Assembly (NCBI GenBank): GCA_037133055.1
Contig: JBAXOY010000044.1
Span: 1 to 23,068, forward strand
Source: Chlamydiota bacterium
GTDB taxonomy: Bacteria > Auribacterota > Tritonobacteria > UBA1439
Direction of reading: 5' to 3'
Length of the DNA: 23,068 nucleotides
Notes under the pieces: model-generated
The model's database searches: none
What the model saw: only the letters and a program-made list of their open reading frames with translations
What the model was told of the DNA's origin: nothing
Position numbers and translations under genes: made by a program
Shown here: in pieces, positions 1 to 9,181 of the stretch
Position numbering within the stretch: position 1 is the stretch's first letter
Layout of the letters: every line of letters starts with the position of its first letter

Positions 1-32
1 TGAACGCGGAGTGCATCAAGACGCGAGACAGC

Positions 33-713
33 ATGATCCGGAAAAACGAGTATCATCTTTTTGACAGTCTTGCGCGCGAGAAGCGGCTTGCGCACCTTTT
101 CACCACGAGACGCTTCGCCGAATGCGCCCCCCCGGGGATTGAGGGCCGGCGGGAGACGGTGATGCGGCTGAGGGAGACCCTCCTCCCCGGGGCCCGCGCG
201 TCGGCGTGGGGCGAGCAGGTGCATGGGAAAGGCGTCGCCCTCGTAGATGGAAGGGACGGGGCGTTTGCGGAAAAGCCGAACGCCGATGCGCTCGTGACGC
301 GCGAGGCCGGCGTCTGCCTGGTCGCGTTCGGCGCCGACTGCCCGATCGTCTTCATCGCCGACACGCGCACCGGGGCAATCGGGCTCGTCCACTCCGGGAG
401 GAAAGGGACGGAGGCGCGGGTCGCGACGGCCTGCCTCCGGAAGATGGGGGATGCATTCGGAACCTCGCCGGCCGACTGCCTGTGCGCGGTAAGCCCCTCC
501 ATCGGCCCCTGCTGCTACCCGGTCGATCTCTGGGCGCGCATCGAGGAGGAGCTTCGCTCCCTGGGGGCGGCGCGTGTCGAGAACCCCCGTTTGTGTACCG
601 CCTGTCATCCGGATCTCTTTTTCTCCTACCGAAGGGAGAAGGGTCGCTGCGGGAGGATGCTCGGGGCGCTGATGATCACGCAGAGGCAATGGCAAAGGAC
701 AAAATCAAAATGA
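33..713 (+). CDS. pgeF: PgeF/YfiH family purine nucleoside phosphorylase (polyphenol oxidase-like, peptidoglycan editing factor)
   Basis: Motifs QVHG, ADALVT, ADCPI, VHSGRKG, PSIGPCCY, CT...FFSYRR..GRM; pgeF-yggS synteny. Confidence 0.9.
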   Translation: MIRKNEYHLFDSLAREKRLAHLFTTRRFAECAPPGIEGRRETVMRLRETLLPGARASAWGEQVHGKGVALVDGRDGAFAEKPNADALVTREAGVCLVAFGADCPIVFIADTRTGAIGLVHSGRKGTEARVATACLRKMGDAFGTSPADCLCAVSPSIGPCCYPVDLWARIEEELRSLGAARVENPRLCTACHPDLFFSYRREKGRCGRMLGALMITQRQWQRTKSK

Positions 714-750
714 CAAACGAACGGCAAATTCCAAAACCAAATGTCAAAAT
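686..750 (+). repeat. Degenerate heptamer-periodic repeat (CAAA-NNN / AAATGAC-like), left arm of RM cassette
   Basis: gcaatgg caaagga caaaatc aaaatga caaacga ... caaattc caaaacc aaatgtc aaaat; contains the pgeF stop codon. Confidence 0.7.
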
Positions 751-810
751 TATAGATCCTGTGAATGATACTTTATTGGGCCAAATATCTTCCCTCGTTT
801 CCGCTAATGA

Positions 811-819
811 TGTCATAAT
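811..819 (+). promoter_or_regulatory. Possible extended -10 promoter for hsdM
   Basis: TGtCATAAT ~45 nt upstream of the hsdM ATG; no good -35. Confidence 0.3.
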
Positions 820-864
820 CCGCTCCTGAAACAGAAACCAAGCCATACCTCGGGGGCACCAACA

Positions 865-2844
865 ATGGAGCAACCGCAACTCGGTTGGATTGCCAACTTC
901 ATCTGGGGTATTGCGGACGACGTATTGAGGGACCTTTATAATCGTGGTAAATATCGCGACGTTATCCTGCCGATGACCGTTCTACGGCGGCTCGATTCCC
1001 TATTGGAGCCAAACAAGCAAGCCGTTCTCGACCAGAAGACCCGGCTCGATAAAGCGGGCGTCGTCCACCAGGACCAGGCGCTACGGCAGGCGGCCGGGCA
1101 GGCCTTCTACAATACATCGAAGTTCACCCTGCGCGACCTCAAGGCCCGGGCCAACCAGCAATAGCTCAAGGCCGATTTCGAGGCCTACCTCGATGGATTT
1201 TCGCCGAACATTCAGGATATTCTTGAAAAGTTCGAGTTCCGCAATCAGATTCCACGCCTCTCCAAAGCCGACGCTCTCGGCACATTGATTGAGAAGTTTC
1301 TTTCCCCCGACATCAACCTCAGTCCTAATCCCGTGCGAAACGGCGACGGATCAGTAAAACATCCGGGACTCGATAATCATGGAATGGGCACGATCTTTGA
1401 GGAGCTGGTGCGCCGCTTCAACGAGGAGAACAACGAGGAGGCGGGCGAGCACTGGACGCCGCGCGATGCCGTGAAACTCATGGCGAAGCTGATCTTTCTG
1501 CCGATTGCCGACCAGATCGAATCGGGGACCTACCTGCTCTATGACGGCGCCTGCGGCACGGGCGGAATGCTGACCGTGGCGGAAGATACGCTCCAGGATC
1601 TCGCCAGGCAGCACGGCAAACAGGTGGCCACCCACCTTTACGGCCAGGAAATCAACTCTGAGACTTACGCCATCGCCAAGGCGGACCTCCTGCTCAAGGG
1701 CGAAGGCGAGGCGGCGGACAACATCATCGGTGGCCCTGAATACTCGACCCTCTCAAATGACGCCTTTCCCTCTCGCGAGTTCGACTTCATGCTCTCGAAT
1801 CCACCATACGGCAAGAGCTGGAAAAGCGACCTCGACCGGATGGGCGGCAAGGACGGCATCAAGGACCCGCGCTTTCTGATCGAGCACGCCGGTGACGTGG
1901 AATACTCGCTGATCACCCGATCAAGCGATGGCCAAATGCTCTTCCTGGCCAATATGATCAGTAAAATGAAGCAGGGCTCCAAACTCGGCAGCCGCATCGC
2001 CGAGGTGCATAACGGCAGTTCCCTTTTCACGGGCGATGCTGGCCAGGGCGAGAGCAACATCCGCCGTTGGATCATCGAGAACGACTGGCTCGATGCCATT
2101 GTCGCCCTGCCGCTCAATATGTTCTATAACACGGGAATCGCCACATACATTTGGGTGCTCTCCAACCGTAAACCGATACACCGCAAAGGCAAGGTCCAGC
2201 TTATCGACGCCACGCAGTGGTTCAAGCCCTTGCGCAAGAACCTGGGGAAGAAGAACTGCGAGCTGTCGGACGAAGACATCCAGCATATCTGCGATACTTT
2301 CCTCTCCTTCAAGGAAACCGAACAATCGAAAATCTTCCCAACTGCCGCCTTCGGCTACTGGAAGGTGACAGTCGAGCGGCCGTTGCGGCTCAAGGGCATT
2401 GACCCGAACCGGGCCTACACGCCCAAAGAGATCAAGGCGCTCAAGGAAACCGCTGAGCGCAGCGACGATGCGCCGCCCGTCATCAAGAAGATTCACAAAC
2501 GTGGCACTGAGGCTAATCCATTGCACGGTCTAATCGCAGCGACCGTTGCCGGCAAACCCGCCGTCGTCGAGTACGAGCCCGACACCGATCTGCGCGACAC
2601 CGAGCAGGTGCCCCTGCTGGAGAAGGGCGGCATCGAGGCCTTTATCCGCCGTGAAGTGCTGCCCCATGCCGCCGACGCCTGGTATGACCCGGAGTGCATC
2701 AAGACCGGCTACGAGGTCAGCTTCACCCGCTACTTCTACAAGCCCCAGCCGCTGCGCACATTGGAAGAGATTCGGGCGGACATCCTGGCGCTGGAGAAGG
2801 AGACCGAGGGTTTGCTCGGTGAGATAATCGGAGGCGGCGCCTGA
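865..2844 (+). pseudogene. hsdM: Type I RM methyltransferase subunit HsdM, interrupted by one in-frame TAG at 1162-1164
   Basis: ORFs 865-1164 and 1285-2844 share a frame and read ...ANQQ*LKADFEAYLDGFSPN...; N-terminus FIWGIADDVLRD..YRDVILPMTVLRRLD; motif I DGACGTGG; motif IV NPPY (m6A); 659 codons if restored. Confidence 0.9.
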
Positions 2845-2847
2845 ACC

Positions 2848-3951
2848 ATGGAGAAGAAAGGCATTCCCAAAGCTAATACCGTCTTCGTAAAGGCAATGTC
2901 CCCCGCGCCGGTCGAAGCCTCCTTCGCAGAAGTCGTTAGCCTCATCGAGCGGGCGCGTCAACGCGCGTATCAGGCGGTCAACACCGAACTCGTCAATCTG
3001 TACTGGCAGATCGGCGAATACATCAGCGCCAAGCTATCCACTGCCGAATGGGGGGATGGTGTCGTGGACCGGCTGGCGCGGCATCTCGCCCGGACCATGC
3101 CCGGCCTGAGGGGTTTCACCCGCAGAAACCTGTTCCGGATGCGTCAGTTCTACGAGACCTACGCCAGGGATAAGAAAGTGACACCGCTGGTGACACAATT
3201 GCCCTGGACTCATCATCTCATCATCATGAGCCAGTGCAAGCGCCCGGAAGAACGGGAATTCTACATACGGCTGGCCATTCGCGAGTGCTGGGGAAAACGG
3301 GAACTGGAGCGTCAGTTTCGAGCCGCTCTGTTCGAGCGCGCCGTCCTGAATCCGCCCAAAGTCGCACCGGCGTTGCGACAAATTCACCCCGCAGCCGAGG
3401 CCGTATTCAAAGATGCCTATTTCGTCGAGTTCCTCCAGTTGCCCGAGACCCACACCGAAACCGATCTGCACCTCGGGCTCGTGACCGAACTGAGAGATTT
3501 TCTCATTGAGCTCGGCCGGGACTTCTGTTTCGTCGGTTCCGAGTACCCCGTGCAAGTCGGTGGGCGTGACTTCGCGATTGACCTTCTCTTTTTTCATCGC
3601 GGCCTCAACTGCCTGGTCGCCATCGAGCTGAAGGTGGATCGCTTCGAACCCGAGCACTTGGGCAAGCTCAATTTTTACCTCGAAGCCCTGGACCGCGATG
3701 TCCGCAAGCCCCACGAGAATCCATCCATCGGCGTGCTGATGTGCGCCACCAGGGACAGCGAGGTGGTGGAGTACGCCCTAAGCCGTTCGCTCTCCCCGGC
3801 GTTGATCGCCGAATACCAGACCCAGTTGCCCGACAGGAAACTTCTCGCAGCCAAGCTGCACGAGTTCTATGCCCTGAACGCATCGAAGGAGCCCGATGCG
3901 GCAATGCCTCGCGCGCGCCCGCAGCGCAAGCGCAAGGGGACGAAACCATGA
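2848..3951 (+). CDS. YhcG/DUF1016 family PD-(D/E)XK nuclease domain protein
   Basis: YWQIGEYI, GFTRRNLFRMRQFY, LPWTHH, KDAYFVEFL, IDLLFFHR..LVAIELK, GKLNFYL, VVEYAL. Confidence 0.9.
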   Translation: MEKKGIPKANTVFVKAMSPAPVEASFAEVVSLIERARQRAYQAVNTELVNLYWQIGEYISAKLSTAEWGDGVVDRLARHLARTMPGLRGFTRRNLFRMRQFYETYARDKKVTPLVTQLPWTHHLIIMSQCKRPEEREFYIRLAIRECWGKRELERQFRAALFERAVLNPPKVAPALRQIHPAAEAVFKDAYFVEFLQLPETHTETDLHLGLVTELRDFLIELGRDFCFVGSEYPVQVGGRDFAIDLLFFHRGLNCLVAIELKVDRFEPEHLGKLNFYLEALDRDVRKPHENPSIGVLMCATRDSEVVEYALSRSLSPALIAEYQTQLPDRKLLAAKLHEFYALNASKEPDAAMPRARPQRKRKGTKP

Positions 3952-5384
3952 TCGCTGACCTCAAGCCCTATCCAGCGATGAAGGACTCCGGCCTGCCGTG
4001 GCTGGGGGAGGTGCCGGGGCATTGGCACTTTCGACGCACGAAGACACTATTGCGTGAACGCGTGGGAAAGGGCTTTCCCGACGAGCCTTTACTTGCTGCA
4101 ACGCAGACGAAGGGGGTTGTCCGGAAGGATCAGTACGAGAACCGGACGGTACTTGCACTGAAGGATCTGCATCTCCTGAAGCTCGTTCGGATCGGCGATT
4201 TTGTCATTAGCCTACGATCTTTCCAGGGCGGCATTGAGTTTGCCCGAGAGCAAGGCATCATCAGTCCTGCATACACGGTCTTGTATCCGACTGACCCTGG
4301 AACACATGGCTTCCTAGCCTGGCTATTCAAGTCGAAGCCGTATGTCGAGAACCTATCCCTGTACGTGACAGGGATCCGACAGGGGCAGAACATTGACTAC
4401 GAGAAGATCAGCCGGTCCGCGATCCCTCTTCCCCCCCTCCCCGAACAAGCCGCCATCGTTCACTTCCTCGACCACGCGGATCGGCGCATTCGGCGCTACA
4501 TCAGCGCCAAACAGAAGCTGATCAAACTGCTGGAGGAGCAGAAGCAGGCGATTATCCACCACGCCGTCACCCGTGGCCTCAATCCCAACGTCCGCCTCAA
4601 ACCCTCCGGCGTGGAATGGTTGGGCGACGTGCCGGAGCATTGGGAGTTGCGGCGACTTCGCAACATGGCTCAAGTGTTGGTCAGCAATGTTGACAAGCAC
4701 ACCAATGCGAATGAGAGCCCTGTCCGGTTGTGCAACTACGTCGATGTTTACAAGAACGAACGCATTACCGAGGGGCTATCGTTTATGCGGGCCACCGCCT
4801 CACCGGTTGAGCTTGAACGGTTCCGCCTGCAAGCGGGTGATGTGATCATCACTAAAGACTCGGAGGAGTGGAATGACATTGGCGTTCCTGCTCTAGTTGA
4901 GCACTCGGCGCCGGACCTTGTCTGCGGCTATCACTTGGCAATTCTCCGCCCACGCAATGGCGTCGCGCTTGGTGAGTATATGCTACGAGCTCTAAAGAGC
5001 CGGGGAGTGGCTTCGCAGTTCTATGTGTCCGCAAATGGGGTAACTCGATACGGACTATCGCATGGCGCTATCAAGAGCGCTTTTCTTCCCGTCCCACCCC
5101 TCCCCGAACAATCGGTCATTGTCCGGTTCCTCAACGAGGCGACCGCGAACATCATTACCACCATCGACCGCGCGCAACGCGAAATCACCCTCCTCCGCGA
5201 ATACCGCATCCGCCTAATCGCCGACGTGGTCACCGGAAAAATCGACGTGCGTGAGGCGGCCGCGAGGTTGCCAGAAGCGATCGAAGAGCCGGAGGCACTC
5301 GACGACACCGATGCGCCGGCCGAGGGGGACGAAGACAACGCCGCCGGCGACCTTGACACCGCCCTTGAGGAGACCGCGACATGA
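3948..5384 (+). CDS. hsdS: Type I RM specificity subunit HsdS (two TRDs)
   Basis: ATG 3948 coupled to the yhcG stop (ATGA); duplicated conserved blocks DSGLPWLGEVPGHW / PSGVEWLGDVPEHW and PPLPEQ x2; LIADVVTGKIDVR. Confidence 0.9.
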   Translation: MIADLKPYPAMKDSGLPWLGEVPGHWHFRRTKTLLRERVGKGFPDEPLLAATQTKGVVRKDQYENRTVLALKDLHLLKLVRIGDFVISLRSFQGGIEFAREQGIISPAYTVLYPTDPGTHGFLAWLFKSKPYVENLSLYVTGIRQGQNIDYEKISRSAIPLPPLPEQAAIVHFLDHADRRIRRYISAKQKLIKLLEEQKQAIIHHAVTRGLNPNVRLKPSGVEWLGDVPEHWELRRLRNMAQVLVSNVDKHTNANESPVRLCNYVDVYKNERITEGLSFMRATASPVELERFRLQAGDVIITKDSEEWNDIGVPALVEHSAPDLVCGYHLAILRPRNGVALGEYMLRALKSRGVASQFYVSANGVTRYGLSHGAIKSAFLPVPPLPEQSVIVRFLNEATANIITTIDRAQREITLLREYRIRLIADVVTGKIDVREAAARLPEAIEEPEALDDTDAPAEGDEDNAAGDLDTALEETAT

Positions 5385-5547
5385 CCAACAGCGGGCTCAT
5401 CGCGCTCATCGACCGCCTGCGCGCTCTGCCGACGGAGACGGAGTGGTCCACAACCTGCTGCAAAAACTCCGCCGCTCAGGTAGCATCGCCAACAAAGGTA
5501 CTCGGTCGCATCCCGAGTGGGTTTCAGTGGAGGCACCCCATGATTGA
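5381..5547 (+). pseudogene. Internally deleted remnant, probably of an AlbA_2/Schlafen-like + HATPase + HTH accessory gene
   Basis: N-terminus MTNSGLIALIDRLRALPTETEW (start coupled to hsdS stop), joined out of frame at ~5446 to a C-terminus-like VHNLLQKLRRSGSIANKGTRSHPEWVSVEAPHD*; family assignment is from recall. Confidence 0.6.
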
Positions 5548-5865
5548 GCAAAGGAATTTGTCCTGGAAACGAACGAAAACTTCGGAAAAGTAGCCGCAAC
5601 TCTATGACAGAGAAGATGTTAGCCCTTTGCTAAACTGCGGTAGATGCCGACGTTCTAGCAAAGGATTTAGCAAACAGGTGTCGTTCTGGGCGGCGCCGAA
5701 ACGGGGCCGGGAGGAGATTGTTTGATCCGTTACCTGCAATCGATCCAGGGCTGGCCGTGGGGATGGCGTAATTCCCTTGGGATTAGAGCGTTATGACCAT
5801 AGAAATTGATTTATGGATGCTTGATTGGGGGCCGTTTTTAGACCCGGAATGGGAGTATCATCGCC

Positions 5866-8800
5866 ATGACCACCGACACCTCTGAACGCGGCCTTGAACG
5901 GCTGATCTGCACGGCGCTGACTGGCTCGCCCTGTGACCCGGGCACGCCACATACGAGGGAGATACAAAAGCCGGGCGAACCCTTCGGGGGCAGCGGCTGG
6001 ATTTGCGGGGATCCCAGCGACTACGATCGAGAGTACGCGGTAGACCTTGGCCAACTCCGCGATTTCCTAGGCGAGACACAGCGGGAGGTGGCAGAGGCCC
6101 TCGATCTCGATCAGGATGGCCCTATCCGGCGGAAGTTTCTGGCCCGGCTCCAGGGTGAGATTTCCAAACGCGGTGTGATCGACGTATTACGCCACGGGGT
6201 AAAGCATGGGCCGCGCCATATCGATCTCTTCTATGGCACACCCTCGCCGGGTAACCCTGCCGCAATCGAACGATACGCCCGGAATCGCTTCAGCGTTACA
6301 CGCCAGTTGAAGTACAGTCGTGATGAAACACAGCGTGCCCTTGATCTCTGTCTCTTCATCAACGGCCTGCCGATTGTTACCTTCGAGTTAAAAAATAGTC
6401 TGACCAAGCAGACTGTCGAAGATGCTATCCAACAGTATAAACGCGACCGTGACCCTCGGGAACGACTCTTCGAGTTCGGACGCTGCGTGGTACATCTCTC
6501 CGTGGACGACCACGAGGTACGTATGTGCACGCACCTCAAGGGCAAAGCCTCATGGTTCCTGCCGCTAAATCTCGGATGGAACGATGGGGCGGGGAATCCT
6601 CCGAACCCCGACGGCCTCAAAACCGACTATCTCTGGAAACGTATCCTCACCCGCGACGGCTTGACCGACATCATTGAAAATTATGCACAAGTTGTTGAAA
6701 CCAAAGACGAGAAAACCGGCCGCAAGAAAAGAGAGCAGATCTTCCCGCGCTATCACCAGCTTGACGTGGTCCGGCGCCTTCTGGCCGCGGCGGCAGAGGA
6801 CACTATCGGGCGACGCTATCTCATTCAGCATTCAGCGGGCAGCGGCAAATCGAACTCGATAGCCTGGCTCGCTCATCAGCTTATCGGGCTCAAGAAAGAC
6901 AATGTGGAGGTGTTCGATTCGATCATCGTCGTTACCGATAGAAAAATCCTCGACAGGCAAATCAAGGACACCATCAAGCAATTTGCCCAGGTGGGCGCAA
7001 CGGTAGGCCATGCCGAGCACTCCGGTGATCTACGCAAGTTTATCGAGGAAGGCAAGAAAATCATTATTTCCACCGTGCAGAAGTTTCCGTTTATCCTCGA
7101 CGATATCGGGAGCGAACATCGAGGGCGGAAGTTCGCCATTATCATTGATGAGGCCCATTCCAGCCAGGGTGGTCGGACCTCGGCGGCCATCAGCATGGCG
7201 CTCTCATCCGCGGGTGCGGAAGAGGACGACGAGACCACCGAGGACACGATCAATCGCATTATGGAGTCACGGAAGATGTTGCCGAATGCGAGTTACTTCG
7301 CATTCACTGCAACCCCCAAGAACAAGACGCTTGAGATCTTTGGCGTGCCCTACAAGGAAGGAGACCAGGTCAAGCATCGACCTTTCCATAGTTATACTAT
7401 GAAACAGGCGATCCAGGAGGGTTTTATCCTGGACGTCCTCAAGAGCTATACGCCGGTTGATAGCTACTATAAACTAATCAAAAAAATCGAGGGCGATCCC
7501 GAGTATGATATAAAGCGGGCGAAAAAGAAATTACGCCGCTACATCGAGGGCCATGACCATGCAATCCGGCTCAAAGCCGAAATAATGGTGGATCATTTTC
7601 ACGAGCAGGTGGTTGGTCTCAATAAGATCGGAGGACAGGCGCGGGCGATGGTGGTGACGAGCGGCATCGAGCGCGCCATCCAGTATCACCACGCCATTCG
7701 AGACTACTTGGAGGAGCGCAGGAGCCCCTACCGGGCAATCGTGGCCTTTTCGGGTGAGCATGACTACGGTGGCGCGCGGGTAAGCGAGGCATCACTGAAC
7801 GGATTTCCGAGCAGCCTGATCGCTGATAGGATCCAGGAGGAGCCATATCGATTCCTGATCTGCGCCGATAAGTTCCAGACCGGCTACGACGAGCCGCTTC
7901 TGCATACAATGTATGTGGATAAGCCGCTATCGGGCATCAAGGCGGTGCAAACGCTTTCGCGGCTCAACCGTGCCCGTCCGCAGAAATATGATGTTTTCGT
8001 GCTCGACTTCCAGAATGACGCGAAGGTCATCGAATTGGCATTCGCCGATTACTACCGCACAACCATCCTCTCGGAGGAGACCGACCCGAACAAGCTGCAT
8101 GATTTGAAGACTGATCTGGAGAGGCATCAGGTCTATGCACAGCCCCAGGTCGATCAATTGGTAGAACTTTATCTGGGCGGGGCGGACCGCGACAAGCTTG
8201 ACCCTATTCTCGATGCCTGTGTGGCGGTCTATAAGGAGCAACTGGACGAAGATGGGCAGGTCGAATTTAAGGGTAAAGCCAAGGCATTCGCTCGAACGTA
8301 TAGCTTTCTCGCTTCAATCCTGCCCTACACAAATGCGGAATGGGAAAAGCTGTCGATCTTCCTGAATTTTCTCGTTCCCAAATTGCCGGCGCCCGAAGAG
8401 GATGATCTTTCCCGGGGTATCCTCGATGCGATCGATATGGATAGCTATAGAGTCGAGAAGAAGGCCGCGATGAAAATCGCCCTGCTCGATAAGGATGGAG
8501 AGATCCCACCCGTGCCCACCAGCGGCGGGGGACATATCGCCGAGCCGGAGCTCGATCGGTTGAGCAATATCCTCAAGACATTCAATGACCAGTTCGGCAA
8601 CATCAAATGGACCGATGCGGACCGAATCCACCGCCTGATCACGCAGGAAATCCCCGCCAACGTGTCCAAGGATACCGCCTACCAGAACGCGATAAAAAAC
8701 TCCGACCGGCAGAACGCCCGCATCGAACACGATAAGGCGCTTGAACGCGTAGTGACCGCAGTGCTCAAAGATGACACCGAGTTCTTCAAACAGTTCAGCG

Positions 8801-8898
8801 ATAACGAATCATTCCGCAGATGGCTGACGGACTCGATGTTCGCGTTGACATATACCCAACCCAAAATAGTTCAAGATCGGGCTTCCGCTGTCATTTAG
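5866..8898 (+). CDS. hsdR: Type I RM restriction endonuclease subunit HsdR
   Basis: Nuclease LDLCLFINGLPIVTFELK..AIQQYK; Walker A HSAGSGKS; DEAH; FTATP; QTGYDEP; VQTLSRLNR; uninterrupted 1010 aa. Confidence 0.95.
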   Translation: MTTDTSERGLERLICTALTGSPCDPGTPHTREIQKPGEPFGGSGWICGDPSDYDREYAVDLGQLRDFLGETQREVAEALDLDQDGPIRRKFLARLQGEISKRGVIDVLRHGVKHGPRHIDLFYGTPSPGNPAAIERYARNRFSVTRQLKYSRDETQRALDLCLFINGLPIVTFELKNSLTKQTVEDAIQQYKRDRDPRERLFEFGRCVVHLSVDDHEVRMCTHLKGKASWFLPLNLGWNDGAGNPPNPDGLKTDYLWKRILTRDGLTDIIENYAQVVETKDEKTGRKKREQIFPRYHQLDVVRRLLAAAAEDTIGRRYLIQHSAGSGKSNSIAWLAHQLIGLKKDNVEVFDSIIVVTDRKILDRQIKDTIKQFAQVGATVGHAEHSGDLRKFIEEGKKIIISTVQKFPFILDDIGSEHRGRKFAIIIDEAHSSQGGRTSAAISMALSSAGAEEDDETTEDTINRIMESRKMLPNASYFAFTATPKNKTLEIFGVPYKEGDQVKHRPFHSYTMKQAIQEGFILDVLKSYTPVDSYYKLIKKIEGDPEYDIKRAKKKLRRYIEGHDHAIRLKAEIMVDHFHEQVVGLNKIGGQARAMVVTSGIERAIQYHHAIRDYLEERRSPYRAIVAFSGEHDYGGARVSEASLNGFPSSLIADRIQEEPYRFLICADKFQTGYDEPLLHTMYVDKPLSGIKAVQTLSRLNRARPQKYDVFVLDFQNDAKVIELAFADYYRTTILSEETDPNKLHDLKTDLERHQVYAQPQVDQLVELYLGGADRDKLDPILDACVAVYKEQLDEDGQVEFKGKAKAFARTYSFLASILPYTNAEWEKLSIFLNFLVPKLPAPEEDDLSRGILDAIDMDSYRVEKKAAMKIALLDKDGEIPPVPTSGGGHIAEPELDRLSNILKTFNDQFGNIKWTDADRIHRLITQEIPANVSKDTAYQNAIKNSDRQNARIEHDKALERVVTAVLKDDTEFFKQFSDNESFRRWLTDSMFALTYTQPKIVQDRASAVI

Positions 8899-8918
8899 AT
8901 CATGGCATCTGTCATTTT
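8889..8918 (-). repeat. Heptamer-periodic right arm of RM cassette, inverted relative to 686-715
   Basis: Reverse complement of 8889-8916 matches 688-715 at 21/28 positions ungapped; contains the hsdR stop. Confidence 0.6.
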
Positions 8919-9150
8919 ACATAGGGATTGACCCCCGCGGCGGGGCTGTAAGCTCTTGGGGTCAAACCTCGCCTATTGACTAAAGCAGGCAGTCCCTTTT
9001 TCTAACGGTGGCACGAGCCTCGGCGGGCTTCGACCTGCCCAGCAATAACCTGTCCGAACTGGATAGAAGAATCCGCGGCACGCGAGGCGGGAGGAAAGAA
9101 CGATAATGTGTCATTTCATCAAAAGGGATTGACCCCCGCGGCGGGGCTGT
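8910..9150. repeat. REP-like cluster (GGGGTCAA-N-TGAC hairpins) with a 27-bp exact direct repeat
   Basis: Copies at 8910-8935(-), 8958-8981(+), 9109-9136(-); AGGGATTGACCCCCGCGGCGGGGCTGT at 8923-8949 and 9124-9150. Confidence 0.7.
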
Positions 9151-9181
9151 GCTACACAGTGAGATCGGGACGGGTGCGGTC

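Noticed and set aside
1162..1164. Genome-wide TAG recoding or pyrrolysine
   Set aside because: TAG is the ordinary stop of hsdR and manA here, and no pyl genes are present in the window
3741..3947. Extended hsdS N-terminus from the ORF track
   Set aside because: It overlaps yhcG; HsdS similarity starts at ATG 3948
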